From contig JAUCBJ010008312.1 of the NCBI GenBank assembly GCA_032718475.1, forward strand, positions 1 to 52,665: a DNA stretch of 52,665 bases, given 5' to 3'. A program made the position numbers and the translations under genes. This document shows positions 48,281-52,665 of the stretch, piece by piece. The notes beneath the pieces are model-generated. The model searched no databases, was not told the DNA's origin, and saw only the letters and a list, made by a program, of their open reading frames with translations. The first letter of the stretch is position 1, and each line of letters starts with the position of its first letter. This stretch comes from Nemertoderma westbladi. Taxonomy: Eukaryota; Animalia; Xenacoelomorpha.

Positions 48281-49786
48281 CTTGATTATTCCCGAAATTG
48301 TGACATGTTTGTTCTATTGACTTTAGTGTTTTGGTTAGAATAACATGCCAGTATACTGTAGTAACTTGCTCCTTTCCCTTAGTTCATAATTTAACATAGA
48401 TAAGGCACATTAATTAACAATAGCCGCGACTAATTGAGATGCATAAAATAAATAAAAAATATTGTATTCCGCGACTGAGTTTGGTTCGTGAGAAATATAT
48501 TGCCATAACAACAATGGGATAATACCTATAAACCAATAATTAAATAACTCATTAAGACTAAATAATTTATTTATCACTACAATTAAACTATTTAAGAATG
48601 CCTAAATAAATAAATAAATAAATAGAGTTTAGTAATACAGATAATTATCACTTAATCTATGGCTTTATTGGGTTTCGATGTACCAATACATAATTAAATA
48701 AGGTGGGTGGGGTGCGCAAGTTATCCCAAGATCGATGATGGGACAAAGATGACTCAATGATGGGAAAATGGTACTATATATCACTGCGTAATATAGTACT
48801 CAGTTCTTATACACACAATACATACAGTACGTATTCGATTTAACCAATATTAAAACCATATTCATTTTTTTTAAACAATCCGATTATCCACTACACAACT
48901 TTGTCCCGAGATAAATATGTCGATTATTAACATGTCATGGTTTCCTGTTACAAGGGTGTTCTAGAATATTTAAATATGCATAATTACAATAATTCCTCAA
49001 GAATTAAATAACGTTAGATTCGCCATTGTTCATAATTAGCACGTCAAAGCTTTTATGGTTTTTTGTTATTTCCCTAGTTGTCGCTCGGGAAACAACATCA
49101 TTTATGCCGTAACGTTACATAAAGTGTTACTTTATGAACAATCAGGTAGATAACAGGTTGGAACCTATGATATGTATAACTTAACGGATGAGAACACAGC
49201 GTACTGACCACAGGATACACGCCAGAGTATTATATTTCCTTTACCTAGTAATGAATACAATATCTGTAGATGAAGTAGGCCTACCTTTCCTAGTATGACA
49301 CTGGGTAGGTCGAGGACAGAGGCATCGCCATAACAGACAGGCCGCATATTTCAATACTTTACAAATTTTAATATTTTAACTCAATTTAAATTTAATTTAC
49401 TTTCTAGAGGAAAATAATTGCTGATAATTCCACATCTTTAAATCTATAAGTTACTATAATAAAGGAGTTAAACCTTATCGGCAAATGGTAATGCAGGAAT
49501 CCAGTATGTCATACCAAATGGTAATGCAGGATTCCAGTATGTCATACTAACTTGATAGTTTGGACACATCTAGCGCTGCAAGTTTTAACTATAAATGAGA
49601 TCCAAACATGTAAAGGAGATAACATTTATTGCCACCCGTCTCCTCCCACCCACCTTAAACATTTGATTTGAAACAAATACCGGTATTATATTTCTGTCTA
49701 TTATAAACATGGTTTCCGCCCAGAATCAGAGATCCCAGAATATAGTCAGTTATCTTCATTCCACCGTCGACTGTTAATAAAGCTAT

Positions 49787-49901
49787 TTATTTCACTATTG
49801 TTTGTATGTGTTGTAGGAATTCGTAATAGGAAACGGTACTTTCAGTTTTATCTTCTATTAGATACTGCATGAAATTACTTCTTTGTGTTTTACTGTCGTC
49901 T
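49787..49901 (-). CDS. SEC24: Sec24A/B COPII coat subunit, last exon
   Basis: (K)DDSKTQRSNFMQYLIEDKTESTVSYYEFLQHIQTIVK*, the conserved Sec24A/B C-terminus; TTTTTCAG acceptor. Confidence 0.93.
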
Positions 49902-50109
49902 CTGAAAAATAATAGCAGAAAATAATGTGTATAAAATATTTTATAACGAAGAACGAACTGTATGTTATATAGCTTTATTTCATTCAATGTCATACATAAC
50001 TTTATGTCAAAGTCATACACACATAACAAAGTCATACATAACTTTAAATGAATTACACAAACAAACTCACATAATTGTACGTATAATATTTGGATGGTAA
50101 TAAACTCAC

Positions 50110-50213
50110 TTAATTATTTGGAAGGTAGCACCAAATGGTCGTGAATCGAATAACGAGTTCACGAATGCGTTCAGCTGAGTTGATTGTGGGTTCGGCAATT
50201 CCGGGAGTTCCGT
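50110..50213 (-). CDS. SEC24: Sec24A/B penultimate exon
   Basis: TELPELPNPQSTQLNAFVNSLFDSRPFGATFQII; TGTAG acceptor, GTGAGT donor, phase 2 matches the last exon. Confidence 0.9.
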
Positions 50214-51019
50214 CTACAGATAAATAGACACACAGGTGATTAACTCTACACGTCTGTGATTCTAGAGTTATACTGACGGCTATGCGAAATATCTGCTAGT
50301 TCTACTATTAAACCAGATAATAATTATATGTAATACTACTAATATCAATTATAGAAGACTTTTCGAGTGATATTATTTAAAATATGTTGACTGATTGGTT
50401 CAAAACTATATGACAGTCAATCTAGATAGGCTACTTGTTTAGTTTAATTTTGTAACAGGCCGGACATTTTAGGTAACATTCGCTGATTACAATATATTAA
50501 ATGTGCTGTATCTCGAGAAAAACTCAACGGGTTAACGAATACTTTTTTATTCTTTCGAAGCATATTAATGTGGCTTTCAAGCATAATATTATATGTTATA
50601 CAAATTCTTGGTCCTGTAGTTGTGTTACAACAAAGTTTGAGATTTCAGCTTATAGACAGTTTTTCTACGTTTCTTATGGTATGTAACACTATGGCCTTGC
50701 CGATAGACCTGGTAGCCATCACGGTCGAGGTCGACAAATAACTGCTTCGTAAATCATTCTAAATCGCATTTTAGCGTTGTTTTTTGATTCCAGGTAAATT
50801 TTGGGAACTTTCAGGTAAATTTCAGGTAAACTTTTTTTATTGCAGGTGCAAAACTTTTTAACTGTCCATACAGCTCTCCTTTTTTGCACTTTACGGTGCA
50901 GATTTTTATGAGGATTCTAAAATTTCAAACCGTTTGTTAATATAGCTAATGTAGTTAAAAAGTTATGAGTGATAATGTAACCTTACTCTGTGTAAATGTC
51001 TGTGAAAGAAATGTATTCC

Positions 51020-51500
51020 GAAGTCACTTTTCATTCTTAGCGCGGTCTATTATATCTGTCTGTCTGTATGTCCGTCCGTCTGTCTGTCAAAATATAAGGA
51101 AAGCATTCAAACTATCTAAAAGTTTAGTTATGGGGATTATCCCGGTTGCCAAATTCATTTCTGACGTCAGTTTTCACTTTAAACAAAACCTACTATGTCT
51201 GTATGTCGGTTTTTCAGTCTGTTCGGCGATCTGTCTGTCCAGCGATATGTCTGTCAAAATAATAGGAAGACAATAAGACATACATCTTGCTACAAATTTT
51301 GTTACGGGGTTTTTAAGGGTGCTGATTTCATTTCAGATGTCAGTTTTCATATGTGACATCATCTACATTGTCTGTTCATCAGCTGTTGGTTATATTTTAA
51401 CTGATAGACAGACAACAATTCAGACACAGTTAAATGATAACACTGACTTTAGAAATGAAATCACCGACCCGGAAAACCTTTGTAACAAAATGACAAACTA
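51020..51500. mobile_element. Possible Helentron/DINE-like non-autonomous element in a Sec24 intron
   Basis: (GTCT/GTCC)n tract at about 51055-51090, plus direct and inverted copies of a ...TTCATTTCTGACGTCAGTTTTCA motif. Confidence 0.4.
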
Positions 51501-52665
51501 GGTTGTGTGCATTCCAACATTTCAATAGAAAGACTTCGATTAAATTACCGTAATCCTTAAGTACATTTTCTGAAGAATACAAATTTAAAATTTCAAAATT
51601 AAAGGCCTTTCCAAAAATGAACAATAAATGACCACTTTTATAAATTCCTTTGTTGTAACTGAAATATTTATCAAAATGTGTCAATTTTTGGTCAAAAATT
51701 GAAAAATCGGTGAAAAAAAATGCAAAAAAATTGCGAAAAATCGGTTCTTTTTTTAATAATTTTTGAACATTCGAGCATTTATCAAAATTTCGGTCATAGG
51801 GTCGATTTAGCATGCCATTGTGCACAATAAATTTTGGGCACTTGATGACCATCCCTCTAAAAGCCTTTGCAGTTTAAAAAACAATTGCATAAATTAGGTT
51901 AATTATGTAATTGCTAGACTAATTAAATTAATCTAGTGCAATTTTTCTATGTTTGTGGATTCTAGTCGTGCAGTTTAAATATTCTTCTATTATATATATA
52001 AATATTCTAAATATTATTTCGAAAAATTTTTGACAATTTTTAATCTACCTATTGTATATAGGCCTACATGTGTACCAAATGTCAATAAATTTAGGTAAAT
52101 TGGAGTCTCCAAAAGAACGAACATTTTTTAGTTAATTATAGTCACCCCCACGCCCCCCCCCCCCCCCCCCGATTTTTTCTGAAATAAATTTTTTTGATAA
52201 GTTGGTTCGTCCTAGAGTTATGGCAACTATTGTAATTCTAAACCAAAATTTGTAAATTTGTAATTTTGGTGCAGCCCCAAATTTGACACCGCAATAAAGA
52301 CAACCAAACACATTTTCCAATCTCATATCAATTACAATCAGTTTCATATCAAAATTTTTCCATTACAATTACCATAAGGTATCAAACAATAAAATATGAT
52401 TTTTGAAAAAAAATTAAAAGTGTTCACTAACTTTGAGCGCAAAGATGACTATTTAAATTTCCTCCTGATTACAACTGATCAAAGATGCACCAAAAGTAAA
52501 CAATTCTTACATTTTTTCAAAAATTATCTTCTTTTATGGTTTGGATACATTGGGTAATCTTCGGCGCTGATTCCGAAAATGGCGAAATATTTAATTTTTG
52601 AGTGTTTGGTGGTATTTTTTGGAGTAAAATGTGAATGTGGTACTGCACCAAATGAAAATTAAATA

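Overview
AT-rich, repeat-dense animal (probably marine invertebrate) genomic DNA with spliceosomal introns. It is not prokaryotic, and I see no rRNA, tRNA or CRISPR. Host genes: (i) the last two exons of a + strand gene ending in a DFRxxL actin-binding motif (myosin-III-like tail, inferred), whose terminal exon is duplicated; (ii) a four-exon sesquipedalian/PHETA (IPIP27) PH-domain gene on the - strand, 34573-41656; (iii) the last two exons of Sec24A/B on the - strand, plus a separate frameshifted Sec24 trunk-domain fragment at about 43.5 kb. Mobile DNA: a decayed Ty3/Gypsy element whose integrase ends in a PHD finger; a complete two-LTR, 5-bp-TSD BEL/Pao-derived element with no pol; RTEX and RTE LINE fragments; several TTAA piggyBac-like MITEs; and nested MITEs. 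Repeats include a 2969-bp-offset repeat, a 3.4-kb near-identical duplication ending exactly at a piggyBac end, a 30/46-bp minisatellite, about 920 bp of pure (CAGT)n and a 3.2-kb 39-bp satellite. The most unusual object is the BEL-derived element (26621-33349). It has no tRNA-type PBS but a PBS complementary to its own LTR (candidate self-priming), a gag-like ORF without pol, and a 1.3-kb array of small conserved hairpins joined by nearly C-free UAG-rich linkers. Family assignments come from motif recall, not database searches.
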